A stretch of 64,000 nucleotides of DNA from Balanoglossus misakiensis (taxonomy: Eukaryota; Animalia; Hemichordata), in NCBI GenBank assembly GCA_040954595.2, contig CM082582.2:9973483-10037482 (forward strand). Reading direction: 5' to 3'. Below are positions 1 through 15,000 of the stretch, piece after piece (position 1 is the stretch's first letter; each line of letters opens with the position of its first letter). The position numbers were made by a program, and so were the translations under genes. The notes beneath the pieces are model-generated. The model did no database searches. It was not told where the DNA came from and saw nothing but the letters and a program-made list of their open reading frames with translations.

Positions 1-3000
1 TTGCGTGCTTGTAAAACATCGTTGCACAAAGAATGATCCTTTTAATGTCTCTCTGTGAAGGCTGCTTGTAAAAAAAATCATTATTATCACACCTTGCACA
101 GAATGGGGCTGTTTTAACCACTATCATTACCCCTTCCAAGGTCATTCCCACTATTGGTGTAAAAATCTGCATTGATGGGAATTACGCTTTCAAAATGCTT
201 TTGCAAATATTTACTGAAAGTAGGGAGACATTTCCCTTTCCACCTTTTGATTGAATTTTGAAGTTGTTTAGATTAATTATTAACACGCTGACAGAAAATC
301 AATTTTTGATTCATTGTGACATTTTGCTAACTGTGTTCACCCCACTTTTTGTGTGCATGTCGAATTGTGATGTTTGAAACAGCAGGGGGCGCCCCTGAAC
401 CCTGGAAGACAACGTATGTTGAACAGGCCAGTCTGGGTTGCGTCATATCTTACTAAATTGGTAGCAGAAGTTTATCCTGATATTCATTTTTTTTTCCTCA
501 GTAAAGTCAAATAATCATTCTGGAAAAAACTTGTTCACAGTGTGACCAGGCTTTACACCACGAAATGAGATATTTTTTGTCAAAATGATAAATTTGTTGC
601 CGCGGACAACCACTTGCTATCGACAGAGCATATACCCACCCGAAAAGTGGCTTCTGAAAAGCTCTCTGCCAAACGGAAAAAGCTCTTTTTTTCTCCAAAT
701 CCGTCAAAATCAACCGCACAGTGTAAATGCCAGATCTGCAGATTCAGGACGCAAGCTGGCTAACACAAACAGGGCAGGTTACAATAAATCACCACAGCAC
801 ATGTTATTTACATCCATTGATTTGCTGGTCTTTCCCCCCATCTTGTCCTCTTTCATCCTCATCTCAGGTCACCAGCAAAAAAACACCACTTAATAAATTT
901 ATTGATTTTTGTATTGATTTGTATTCATTACCCTGATTTTAATGTGTGTTTTGATTTTTTTCCCTCTGTTTTTCTTTCTTTCTCCTTGTAATTGCTTTTC
1001 TATTTCCCCCCTGCAAGTGGATTCTCGAAGCAGCTTAGGAAGTTCGACTTGAATGTTGTAGTGGCTATTTCCTGTCCCACGCATGTGGGCTGATACATGT
1101 GGTCTGATCCCCTTAAAGGGTCTAAAGGAAAATTAATTTTGCTCTTGAATGTGTTACCGGAAACATTTCTCGGAAAGTGATCCCATTTTGCGAGGTGTCT
1201 AACATTACGTAGTTACTCAAGTTGACAATTGTACTGAATTAAAATAATTAATATATAAATGTTTGTCTAAACAACCATTCAAAATGTTAAAAACATATGT
1301 ATGATGTAAGGAATACAAATTAATGTAGAAAAATATACCGGTCGACTTAATGCACAGAGCTAGTACTACTGTACAGCGCCATTTCATGTGCATCACGTTA
1401 AATTCATTTCCTCCTGTTCGCCGCAGTCAGGGGACTCTGTCATTTCTGAAAGTGCAACTGGTTTAAATATAGCATGCAACGTATTGCTGTTACTTCTAAT
1501 CCGCAGTGGTAGAAAAAGCCTCTACATCACCACAGGCTGCATTTTAAAGCACACAGATGCGATACTCATTAATTTTCTTCTAAAATTTCAACCACTTTTT
1601 CGCCTCCAGGTGAGCGCCAAGTGTTTCAATTCCAAATGTTTTTGATGATTCACACACAATTGGTGTTATTCTTTCCACGTCGGAGGACAGAACGAAAAAT
1701 AAGAGGCGGTTGTTTTGCTACAAATCTCTCAATAATCTGATCTAATAATCAATAGGGGTTATTTATGGTATAATCACAGTGTAAAAAACTGGACCCTGAA
1801 GATTGATTGCTTACACAATTAATTTACTCTGTAAGTGATATCATATTTTATGGCGCCGCCATATGGCACTGTTGTAAGTCAATAGACATCTGCCATGCCA
1901 TGTTAATCACACTCCGCTCTCTATCTACAGACTCTGTGGTCATTTCTCACCAGTGTCTCTCACAACTGTTATTAAATCTGAATTTTGTGTGTGTGTTTTT
2001 TATGTTTTTTACTTAGATCCAGACAAATTTGCTCAACAGCAATAAATAAGTTGCACTTTTCGATCCTTTGTAAATTAAAATCATGTTGGGGTGATGTTGT
2101 AAAGTCAGAAGAGATTTGTCGAAAGTCATCTGTCATAACAGATAAAAAATTACAGTGTTTTGATTTTTTGTTTCCAACAAAACAAATGTTTTTTAAAGGA
2201 TTTTTTTTGTGGTCGAATATCTGGGTTACTCCCTTGAATTTTGTTTGCATACTTGAGCTTTAAAGACAAAGAAAAGCCCACATTAGACCCACTCATTATT
2301 CTCCAGAAATTCATCATTTGTCACTGGAATACATCAGAAACTTTATTTACAGTAGTATAATAAACAGACCGGCTGGATGTTTAAAAAAATTGAAAGCAGA
2401 ACTAACATTTCAGTGAGGATCACCAAGACAACAAAAGAGACGTGCTGTCATTCAATTTCTACAATAAATACTAGTAATTGATTCAGAATTGAATATGAAA
2501 TATTTTTCAGAAGCTCGAAAAAAACCTTTGATTGAGAGAAACGGTACGTGGGAAATGTACGCGGTTGGACAGTGAACGAATACAGATTTCTTTGGAAGTG
2601 ATTAAAGGAGGAGGCCCATCTCTTGGTGCCAGAGATTCAGTCGTAGTGTTTCCAGTCAGTCCGATTTGCTTCGCGTTGACAGAATTTGTCTCTGCCCCGA
2701 GGCAGAACTCCCTCTACACGTAATAGGTTATGCATTTACAATTCAAAACGTGCGCAGCCTTGCTTCTTGCACGTAATGTCTTTCCTGTGCATGATGGTCG
2801 TACGCAAAATCGTAGCTGCTCATTTTTCTTCTTCTCCAGATCTTATTTTGGAATCTGAAAACAGACTGACTGTCTGCGATATGTTTGGTGGTGCGACATT
2901 TTGAGTAATCATGCTCTCATGACATAATTTCCAGTATTGCCCCAAAATAATACCATGAAATTATTACAATGCCATGTATAATATGTGTAAGAGAAGTTTC

Positions 3001-6000
3001 AGCTAAACATAAAGTTCGATTCGTATCAGTTTGTGAATAACATCTTAGAGGAAATATGAAAAAATAATAGCTGCTCCATTACTTTAAGTTGACAATTGCT
3101 GGAGTACTTCTATAGGGACAAAGATATCAACTTAAAAAACATTTAAATATCTACTTATATTCACTTCTTGCAATTTACAAATTTAAGCAATATACCACAT
3201 AGAAGTTCAAAAATCCAGGGCATCTTGTCATTTTTGCCTGTAGTTCTGATAGATTTAATAATACTCTATTCACCATGAATTACAGATGGACTTACATAAT
3301 CTCTTTTGAGCCCCGATTCCATTAAAGCATGTCGTTAATAACATCAACTGAGCAATATCATGGACTTAAAACATAAAACGCTTCCTGTTTTCCGACTATC
3401 TTGAGTATACCTCCCATCCATCATATGTTGACACAGCTGAACTGAAAGCTTTGGGTGCCATTTAAACAGTGTTTGCTGCCAATTGACATGCTCACAAGCA
3501 CTTCTCAAGAATGTAGTAGCCATGGTTAACTAGAGTTCCCTTTAGCACCTCGAATTTTGCATAGCACAAAGGATCATAATGTCACCAAGGAAAACCAGAT
3601 CCGATGGGGGAAAGTCATATTTTAGATATATATATATAATATAGATTTCAGTATTTGTGTGTGATTTAACTCATATACTCAAGATACACACACCTACTAG
3701 TCCCCGATATATAATTTGCGTTTATGATTGCCATGACAACCAATGCCAAGCTCCTCAATGGCACCATTAATTTCAAAACAAAAATAGATTCTGTAATTTC
3801 CTGTTATTGTGCAAAACTATGTAGGACTTCTGATTAGTCATATATTTTATATGTACATGTAATACAGGGCATCAAAGATCAGAGAATCTATACATATTCT
3901 GTAATGATCTTGACATCTTCAGCCTTAATAATGTGTTTATGTACATCATAGTGCATTGTACTCAATTTGAATGTAATCAGTCCAAGCTTTCTGGGTGATG
4001 GTTGGTGATGAACAAACTGAAGGACAGACAGACATACAAGACAGACTGCGTGCACCCCTGAATCTATGTAGAGTCTCCCGGACTCTGTCCAGTTTTGGGG
4101 GGGCTTCAGAGGAAATGATATTGTACGGTTTTGGTTGCTATGGAGAGGTCAATGTCCCCTTTTGGCTGTAAGAGAAATCTTTTCATCTGAATGTTTTATT
4201 GAATGGTAATACATGCGCAAACACACAGACAGACAGACACACACACACACACATAGAAATTTTCAAAGACAGAACCATTTGAAAAAAAAGCTTCTCATCA
4301 CACCACTGTGTTCGATTCAAACAACCACACTACACCTGTTTGCTAATGAGGTGAATCTCCATACTATCGTCATTAGTTTCTTTTTCTTTCACTGATGTGC
4401 TAATTAGCATGAAATTATCATATATTGGTGCTTTAATCGCAGCTGGATAAAGCAAAATAAAATTGGCTGACGTCCTTGTGATGTAATTGAAGTAATTGGA
4501 AAATTGACAGTGGCGATCGATGTTCTCAGAGAGTGTTCTATAGCTCTCAGAAAACTCTGTATAATTAAAACTCACACCTGATCTGTTTGATGTTAATATT
4601 GATCAAATACATAAAGAGAGACTTTCCATAATTCCACCACAGGTTCAGTGTTGATAATTTTCTCTCGCCTATTTTCTGAACGTGCGTCAATTGTCTCTCC
4701 CAAAAGAATATGCGGTATTGGTTTTGGTCGTGATGAATTAAAGACAGGTATCCAACCAGCCGTCTCGGTTATCTGCTTTCGTTAACCTCCGTGCGAGACA
4801 TATCAGTTATCATTGTGCATTCGGTCGTTTCGGGCATTGAAACAGAAACTGTTGCCAGTTGTGGCTATAATGTTTTCTTTGGAATATCTCCTGAAAGTCA
4901 GCGGGAGTTCTGGGGCAGGTGAGCGACAAGCAAACACACGAAAAAGTAGCCACGCATAACCCGCGGTGAATCGGAGGGACTCGATTGAGTTACGCGTCAC
5001 CGTGCCATCTGCGGTGTCTTCGCTATCGTGGAAACCATCTGAAGGTGTAAGAGTTTGCTTCTGGTGTTGCGCAAATTACATTCGGCTTTAAACACCTATC
5101 CCCTGCCTCTTGTGTGCAATCAAAGCGACAAGTAACACGCACGCCGGTCCGGGAATATGTCGTCAACGCATGCAACGTGCAACCTTATCCCCTGCTTTAC
5201 AAAAGAAAAAAAAATTATGACACTGCAGTAGGGGGATGTTAATTGCTTCTTCAAAGAAATATGTATTTTGTTACATTTCTTGCGAATCGTATGTAACACT
5301 GCAGTTTTGTTGCCGAGGGGCATCTGATCTGTGCTGGATAATCTTCATATCTGATACCTTGAAGCTCCGTTTCATGCAATGTAATTGTGATAGTGTCAGG
5401 TTGTTTTGTACCAGAATGGAGTAAAATTCCTAGTGATCACCAAGATCACACATTCATGGGGGAAATCCTCGTAACAAGGCGCAGGGACTTAATTCAGCAA
5501 TCAGTTTTGCTTCTTTCCCACCGAAACAATGTCCCTGAATTTCAGTATTGTGTAATTTTCTTATTCAGTTCAATAAACTAAGTGAGAATTCTGTGAGTGA
5601 CATCTGCTCCAACTGAGAGCAGAAGTTTTGCATTGTTTTATATCAGGCCAACAAAGAAAAACGTGTTGCTGACTATACCATTTCCCATCACCATGGAACT
5701 AGCAAAATTATCTGTTGGTATTTTTTTGAAGTTTAAAAGTGTGATGTTGTTAACTTGAAGGAACAAAAATATTTTTGCCTGGAAACGGAGGATCTGTGGT
5801 TGAATAAATGGTGTGTGTTTTGCCCGGTAAACTTGTATCCAGGCAACAGCCAGTGAGGGGTGAAATTAGGCAGTCTGTCGAATATGAAAAATGATTCGGT
5901 TGACAGCAATAGGCTCTGCCAGGTTTTTTCTTTCTGGGTGGCTGAGAAATATCCAATTCTCAGATACAATTGAAGGTAGAGAACATTTTAGAGAGGTTAC

Positions 6001-9000
6001 TCGAATGATGGTTCCATTTTTTACACCGAGACATGTTTCCTGTGTAAGTGTCAGTATGAGATAAACTAAAATGTCTGAAAAGTGTGAAATTTGGCAAAAA
6101 TTGCTACTGAAAGTGTATTCCTCTCCAGGCTGTATTTTAAAATTGCATTGGTATTCTGGCGAGGTAGCATTTGTTATAATGGCAAAGCGAGAGTGAAACT
6201 CATTTTGGGTAGAGTGATTCTACATCTTTGACAGGGTTACCACAAAGTGTACTAATGCGCGTGAAACAAATATCACGGAAATCAAATTGACAGAGAATCT
6301 AACCCTGGAACAAAATATACAGGGAACGTAAGTTGATACAAGAGAGAGAGAGAGATTGAGAAATGATGTGCAAGGTGATATTATTTTTTCATTGGCAGAA
6401 ATAGCCAGCGTGATATGACGTCTGTCAATTGCACATGTGCACTTGACTGCAGGGTACAGAAATTACTGCTTGACTTTGGCGAGTTCTGTGAGATGTGACA
6501 CCCAAAGGTCAATAACCGTGATCCAGATTATCACTCAGTCTGTGTCCATGCAGTTTCACTGGCTCTTAGGCCAGCTTAACCACCCTTTCACCACAGTGGT
6601 GTGGTCCAAATCCATTGTTTGCTTCGGCAAAGTACCTTCACAGAGGATGGTTTGGGGGGTGAGAGGGTGTAAAGGTAACTTTCATAGTGGATGTGGGCTG
6701 GCCAGTCCTAAGTTGCGTCCCGTCCCTGCCTCCTCCCGTCTCTCTCAATTCTCTCAATCTCAAGACTCTCTGTCACTCTCTCTGAGAAAACATATTAAAC
6801 TCTTTGCCCAGATTTTGTGTGTTCTGTGATCATATCACTCTAGTCCCTGTGGTGTGTGGTCTACATCAGTGATACGTACAGCTTAACCCCAGGGAGCACG
6901 GCATATATGGGTCATGATGAAAAGTAACAAGGCCAGCAGGCCAAAGGTCAAGTTTTTGACAGCTTATGATGAGTTTATATCAGATAGGTATTGCTCATCA
7001 TGGTGTCTTCGGAGATGGGAAATGAAATTGACAATAGATGAGAAACAGAGTTTTTAAATTTAATGATACATTGAAACTACGCTACTGAAAAACTACAAGT
7101 TGAAACTGCACTTAAACGATATACCATTTGACAATTGAGGCAGTATTGTTTCACAGATAACTTCTACTTTCTGTTGTTTCTGAGTTTAAGAGCTGAGGCA
7201 ACATAATTGCTTCAATGAATGAAAAACAGTGTGGAACTAATAGGATCTGAGTGCTCCATTTTTATGTGCAGCAGATTACGGCGAGTTAGTCCCAGATAAG
7301 ACAGAATGAAGAATGTAAAGCAGTAACTGAGAAAGATCGCAAGAGGGCCACGTGGGAGGCATTTGTAATCTAAAAAGAAGGATGTTGCCAGTGAATTGTG
7401 AACACAATCATTCCATCAAGTCATTTGCCATGTGGCACACCTCGAGTGTATTTTACTAAACAACCTGAATCGCATGTAAATCTTTGCTAAGGTAACTAAA
7501 TTTTGTCGATTGTTATACGCTGCTGTCCATGAGAACAGGTGTCTCTGTGATTGAAAGTGATAAAATCCAACATGGCCGACAGTCGGCCATCTTGAATTCT
7601 CGCTCTGACACTCTGACTTATTTTTTGTTTGTTTCAATAAATACTTTACCTCCATCAGTCTAAATAGTCAAATTAAAACCCAGTGAAACATTAATACATT
7701 CAGTATGCAAGTATGTTTTATGTACATCTCAAGACAGTTTAAAGTATAGTCATTATTTCTTCTCAAGGTAACTATCGATCAAGCGATTAGGTTACCGTGA
7801 CTACCATGCAGTTACTGATTTCACAGTGCAGTTACTGTCGATTTTACTTACAGCGGGGACTGTGTCATCAACAGTGACTTGTTTTCTTTTCGGAAAAGAC
7901 AACAGTTTTATGTGGCAATTATAGAAATTGCACACTCTAAACTGGCAAAGTCTTGCTTGTTTTAGATGGCAATGCGTCACAGCCCAGTCAGAGAGTTTGA
8001 CACACATTCCACTCCACTTGTGTGCCTGGCACTTCCACCCGTCAGAGCAAAAAAGAGAAGAGTTGGACAAAGGTGCTGTTGCCCCGGGGGGCTCTGCAAA
8101 TCTCCTCTGTGTTAGAAGTGGAATTAGAAACGGGTCCCCCGTGGTCGCCAGCAAGGAGAAACCACCATGACAATTTTACATTATGAATGATGGATATATT
8201 CTGATTACAAGAAAGCAATTAACAGCTGTAGTGGAATCCTGCGGGATCTATCCGGGGTCAGGTAGATGTGTAAAAAATAAATGAAGATTTCTTATGTTCA
8301 TGTGTGGCATGCCGAGATGCTGAACAGATAAGACTACAAAAACCATAGTCTGTCATAAATCGACTAGATACATATTTATCACACATTTTGAGCCCACTCT
8401 TCTGAAGACGCTGTTCAGCTGAATAATGAAATGCGTAGGGTCAGACCTCTTGTATGATGGGTTTGTGACACAGTGTTTCGATAAATATTTAAAAATGAAA
8501 ACCAGATTTGTTTCTAGTATTTATGTACGTACGTTACACATTCTCTGTAAGTGTAATCCTGCAATTATTTATGTGCACTTTTTATAGCAATTTACAAACA
8601 GGATGAAACACAAGTAACTCTTACTTTGACATTTTCATGTTGTAGTGTTTGTCCCAAATCTTTTTGACCCCAACGTTCACGTTTCCATGGAAATTTGTAT
8701 TTTACTTCAGGTGAGATCCAGAAACAATTCCATTTATTCTTTTGACATTTTCTTTTCACGATACAGTGTCAATATCTCTTGGGGAAGTTATTATTCAGGT
8801 GGTATTAAAAATGAATTTTGAATTGAATGCCTTTTCAAAAGAGTTGGTCTAGAAATTTCAAACAACATCCCCTCCATAAGTTGGGAGCGAAGATAATTAT
8901 GCTTTTATTTGAACTTTGACTTCAAGGTGGAGAGTAGGTCAAACTATTTTGGTGTCAAAGCGGATTTAAACTAATAAGGTTGAATTGAGACATTTAATGA

Positions 9001-12000
9001 GTAAAACATTATTGCGCTCTAATTAAGATGGAAAAGTGGAAAGAGATGAAACGCCAAGTGTGGAAGTGATTAGGCAGTGATGGAATCGTGACAACAAAAC
9101 CTGTGCTATGACTGAAAAACAAAATTAAGTTTGAAAATTTGAGACGAGATGTTGAAGAGGATATCGTCCTTGTGGATTATTCCACCTTTACGTAACCAAG
9201 GCCACTTCGTACTGATCCAAGGTTGATGAAAACTGGAGAAAGCTGCCCTGTGCGTTTGGGAGTTTTTTGTGTGTGGTAAATTTCTGGCAATAATTGCACA
9301 TGCAGAGAATGTATCATCAAGGTGTGCTGAGGTGATACACAATCACTTTTCATGCAGTAATTCAACACGTGTATGATGATTGAGGGACCTGGCTGTTATC
9401 GCTTTCAATCGTTAATTTATCAATCCATCAGACTATCTCCAGGAAATCATATCATGTTAATGTAATGAGAGTAGCTATTAGTTGTCCATCACCCCAGGGA
9501 ATGTACCACTGCGCGGAGTAATAATATACCATCTTGGTTTTTTTGTCCTTGTCTCTCTGTTTTTTTATTTCAAAAACATAAAAGCAGGTCAATGTCGCAT
9601 GCAGCTGCCTGCCCACTCATGAGCTGATTATGAAAACCCATTTTTGTCAATTTAAGAAAGCTGTGGGTAATATTTATGAGCTGTCAAAATGCTTTATATA
9701 TATACAATTATATTTTCATGTTGAATGCTATAGGTGTGTATGCAGCCTCTAATAATAGGGAAAAGTTATTTTTTTGCATCTCAGAGACTCGCTAGTGTTT
9801 GCTTTAGGCCGCTTGAGTTATCCCAATAACCATCATAAGTCTTCTGTACCAGTACGTCTAACAACTAATATCACCTAGATCATTCACATGAAATACATTT
9901 CTTCCCTGTCCAAGATGGTAGACTCTATGCAGGCAGCAACACAAAAAAACATCATGAGCTGATCAAATTGTGAATCTATTTTTTTTAATGGGAGTCCATA
10001 CTGTTGTCAGTCACTTTTTCTTGCGTTTACTGACGGACCTGACATGATTGGCTTGAAATCATTCTCATAATTCACTGGGAGAATATGAGACACGCAGACC
10101 CAGTCCCCAAAGTCTTTCATATTAATCAGTCTCGCCATTGAAATCCTGTGCGCCTCTATTATCTAGTAAATAAAAAAAAGCAGGCAGCGAAAATTTATTT
10201 TCATTCCTTGTTTAATTTCCTGCGTGCATGTCAAATGTCAGCCGTGATGCATGTCTGTCACACGTTTGTCTTTTCATTCCAGTCGGTTATTGAAATTTAA
10301 TGCACATATAAATTGTTTCGGACCAATCTCACTCACTGTAATGTTGTTGGTCTTGGTCCACATGTGAAATACGACAAGTTTGCATGTCACGAAGATTTGT
10401 CGGTGTAATTGAGATTGAAGTACATTGTAGCCACTAACCCACTTGTGCGGCGCGGTTTGTTGGTGCAGATCACATGACCCCCCCAAACATGTAAACTTGT
10501 CCTGGTAGTTGTCATTCATGCGTTGAAATGTCTTCGGCAAGTGAATGAAATGCGATTGGACGATTAACAAAATGTAATGCATTTTCTAAAGAAATATAAC
10601 CATGGTAAACTAATTACTTTCCAGAAGACATCATTATCAGAGATAAACATGGTGTCCTTCGAGTCATCTGCTAATTATCATGGTAATTACGAAAGAAAAA
10701 AAGAAGGGCTGCAAAATCAAACTCTTGTCAGACTATAAACTTGGAGCAGAAAATGAAAACTGGGACTCATGGCCACCTTCGTGTGCAGTGCGTTTGCGAA
10801 AAATCATCCATTACGCGAGATAACATCACGGCAGGATTTAGAGATTTACACTGAAGGTGATAAACCATGTAGGTATGAGGAATCTTAAACCTCCTCTTCA
10901 AACGTCAGTGGAAACCCATTGCTGATGATCGTGGCATTCAAAGGACACAGGTAACGGTACACTGTTAGCTTTAATAGGCATGTAATTACAGTTATCACTA
11001 TTAAGTTACAACTCTCCGCCAGTATTAATGTGCCCAAATTGCAAAGCCAAGGCTGATGGAAAAGTTCAAAGCGTTGCATCTTATTTAATTTACAACCGCC
11101 ATTATTTGGAAATTATCAGAGCCAGGGTTGATGAAGTGCAAACAGTCAGCATTGTAAGTCGCCTGTCGAACTATCAATCATGTTAATTATTATCTTTTTG
11201 TCCAATAAGCCCATTTGCGGTTCAGTTACTAATTACAATGCAAATCTCAGGTGATCATCCACTGGGGTGGTTCATTTGCATAGATTATATATTTAATAAT
11301 AAATATGCAAAACGCAACCATGAAGAATAATTTAATTTAGAAAACAATGCATAAGTAATCATGCACGTGTGGGATTCAGGTTTGGGAAAGCAGGTTTTTG
11401 CTCAGCAAATAAACAAAATCACCACCTTTGATGGACATGAAGGTGACATTATTGTACATCACTGTTTGTTTATTGTTGTCACCTGTACTTTGTTAAGTAG
11501 AGCCCTGTGAAATGTATTCATGTGGAGAAAAATACTCAAACCTTCTTCTCAAACCTCTCTTGTCACATGTATCATATTTTTCACTACTTTCTCAGCAGAA
11601 CTGAATGAAAAGTAAGACACCATGTTCCATATCTGTCAGAACTTGTACACCACAGATTGGCCCTTTATTCGCTGAAGTGCTTTACACGCCAATCCCGATA
11701 ATTGAATCAGACTTCTCATTACAGACCAGATTTTCGTTTTACATGTAATTTGATTCGAACGAGTCAAGGTTGTTGTCTGACTCCGTGCGTGTGTTTCGCT
11801 TTAATAGTAAAACTATGAGTTAAGGAGGAGATACACATCTGTATATCAACGACATCAGTTCGATTGTTTGCTGAAGACATGAGACTCGGAGAATGCCAGC
11901 TCCGTTTCACGACACCATCGTTCATTGCCGCACCGCTCTGTCAACAGCTTATAGCATCGATGGTAATTATGTCAGTGAGTGGAGTGCTACATGTTCTTTC

Positions 12001-15000
12001 TAATCTGAAAAACATTTCTGAATCATTGATCGAATCGCAAGTATTGTCAGGATGAATCTGCAATGAGCAGTGCATTCTGCTGTACTGCTGCAGAATTGGA
12101 TTATTTTCGTCGTCTTGAAAAATACAATGACACACTGAGTGTGAATAAAAATAAAATTGAAATTGTTACCCGTGGAAATAAACAGAAAAATTCCCTCTGT
12201 AATAAGGGTTAGATTCTAAGAATGAAATCACTCCATTATAGCACCAATCATGGAAAATTTTCCCCCATAGAACTTAAAGATATCGGCGATAAAGCTTACA
12301 AAAATGCTTTGGTATCGCTGGTGGGGTAAGTCTTATAACACGCGGTTGCTAGGCATGTTTTATTTTTTTTTAGATTTTTATACTTCAATACGGCCCGCTC
12401 TTACTCGAAGCAGAAGTCCTTGAGCAAGCAAGATCGGCTGTGTAGATCATTGTAATGATCATGTGATTGTGAAGGAGATTGAATCCACTACACTGACACC
12501 CATGATTGAATGGGAGATTATATCTCTTTTTTTTCACAAGTCCAACGAAGAGTTATGATTAATCTTTTTTCGAGGGGGGGGGGGGGCAGGCTTATAGTGC
12601 CCAGTCTTCCCCTCCTCCTCTCTCCTCCTTCCCTCTTATTGTCTTGGAAACGGATAATTCTGCAGTGATACATGAAAAGAAGAGACGCTTGCAAATCACC
12701 GACAATGTTTCACCCGATTTGTTTCAGAAGATAGATAGAAATTACTAGATGTAAAGTCACTGGGGATAGCCAAAGGTCCGCGCTGTACTGTGTTCTCATT
12801 CCAAGCCAATTAACACTGGACTGACCTATAAAATTTTACACTTGTTAACCAAAATTGACCCTCGGGTGGGGTTTCTTGTTTAAAGCTATAAATTTTATTA
12901 ACCAGGCAGGGGAGAGATTGTAAGAAGTGATGTTTTTTATCTTAAAGTGCACATGAACTCCTTGTAGATTGATTGTGATTTCAAAATATTCTGTCGATGC
13001 ATTGACACTTGAGCTACATTGATTTTTCCCTTATTTGTGATCTTACGAATTATTAGACTTCCATTAATCAAGTTAAGGAGCCTCTTCCATGCACATGTCA
13101 TTCATTCTTGCAGAGAAAACTTAAACAGTTTTCAGCTAATACTATTATTATTAATTATAAATGGCCAATTTTGCGTTGACGTAAACCAGAGAATTTACCA
13201 ACTTTGGCTGCACCCTACGATTCTAATTACCAATATATCCCGCGCCACTCATGATTATTGATAACCTATATATAAATTATTTCAGCATTATTCAGCGTTG
13301 TAGCTTTTTACTTCAAAACACAGGTATGCCTGTATTGCCATTCATACAAACCATCTCAAATATCTGAATTTTAGTCACATGACATTTTAATATCAAATAC
13401 ATGTATTATACATGTATTAGAGTTTGCAGAGGACAAGTAAGGACTCGACCCCAGCCGACAATGAAATACATTTGTATTTTAAAAACCTAATATGTAGCCT
13501 AAAGCCATATTCTGCCTATCACACAGTGTTTAAAAATATATATCATCCAACGTACCCTGTCCTAGTTTATAACTCAAAACAAAAAGAAACATGCAAGACT
13601 TTTTTCAATTATTGAGTCGGAAAACTATATGTAAATTTTGTTTACCAGTTTCCGTGGTTATGTACATATTTTGTGTAAAACTTCTATCAGATGATTGCAT
13701 TGTCAGTAAAAGTGCCGCACATATTTTCCCGTCGTCTGAATGGATTCTTGACGACTTTTACCCTGGCCCCACAGTTGTTTTTTGATGAACCAACTATCCT
13801 AAAAGGATCATGGGTGCTTGATGGATGGTATTTTATTTGATTTTAGGACGGCTGTTTGGGTAAATAAAACATGATAATAAACTCATCATCGTAAGTGAAT
13901 GAGTTACCCGGTGATCAATAGCATGAGTTGCTTTTTAAAGTTTGATTGACGAAGACCCCTTATGTTTTATTACTTCAGGCTACGTCGAATATCTCCAACT
14001 GTGGCCATAAATGTTTTAGCACTGTGTCCTCCATGACAATTAATCAAGAAACTTGACACCCTAATCAAATCTATTTATTAATTTTTAATTTTTTAATTAT
14101 GTCCATTCAAAGGGAAGGAAATGTAGCATATTTGTTGTGTTACAGGCAGTGGAGGGATGGGTCTGGTTCTGGGCTTACCCAGAGCCAGCTAGGGTTTAAG
14201 ATTAGGGACCAGACAGGTGATAGTGTGTGTGGTATAAGGGTACTCCCAAAATGTGATTTTAGGCTGATTGAAAAATTAAGACAGATAAAATATTCCCATT
14301 CGATGGACATGATGAGTTCATTCTCCCCACATGTAGTGTTACGACCGAGTTATTCTGACCACGCGGTCTCCGAACTAAACCCTACATAAAAACTAAGGCC
14401 GTAAAAGACAAGAGGTAATGTGCTTGTCTGAGTTGTTAAGGCTATTAGTTAAGGAAGAAAACAGTAGGTCTGAATTTATCATTAATTGAGCATTATGATT
14501 AAATGCCTATAAAAAGGAGATTAGATTACAGGTGGAACAATTAAACCAATGTTTCTCTCCCTGATACTATTGTGGTTATTTTGTGAGAGATCACACTTCC
14601 CTGTGCCTACATGTGATAAATTTGGTGCCTTGAGTGAAAAATATATTAAACTCTTTCTCTAAAGGTATATGAAAATTAGCGGAATGATAGAGACTATTAG
14701 GAAAAGATATAATCGCTGTATACCTCAATTATTCTCTGAATATAAAGTGAAATAATTTAACAATTGTGATTTTGTGAAAGAAAAATTTGTATTTGGTGGA
14801 CACTTATTGTAGCAATGCATGGATGTCGTTTTATTTGAGTAGAAAATTGCTGATTTCCTATGTAGTTTCATTTTTTATGTTTGCAGACACGATAATGTTA
14901 GGAGCAGTGTTTTGATTGCTGGTGGAAAGTCTCATTGAAAACGTGACATAAAACAGATTGCTTTGAAGTTGGAAGATTTGTCATTTTTAGCAGGCACTTA

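Noticed and set aside
1427-1609. 183-nt open AG...GT-bounded segment as a TOX exon
   Set aside because: The translation looks non-coding and shows no TOX similarity. The 3' end is kept only as a candidate recursive splice site.
12574-12640. G13 run followed by a C/T-rich tract as a G-quadruplex or triplex element
   Set aside because: A simple homopolymer with no further support for function.
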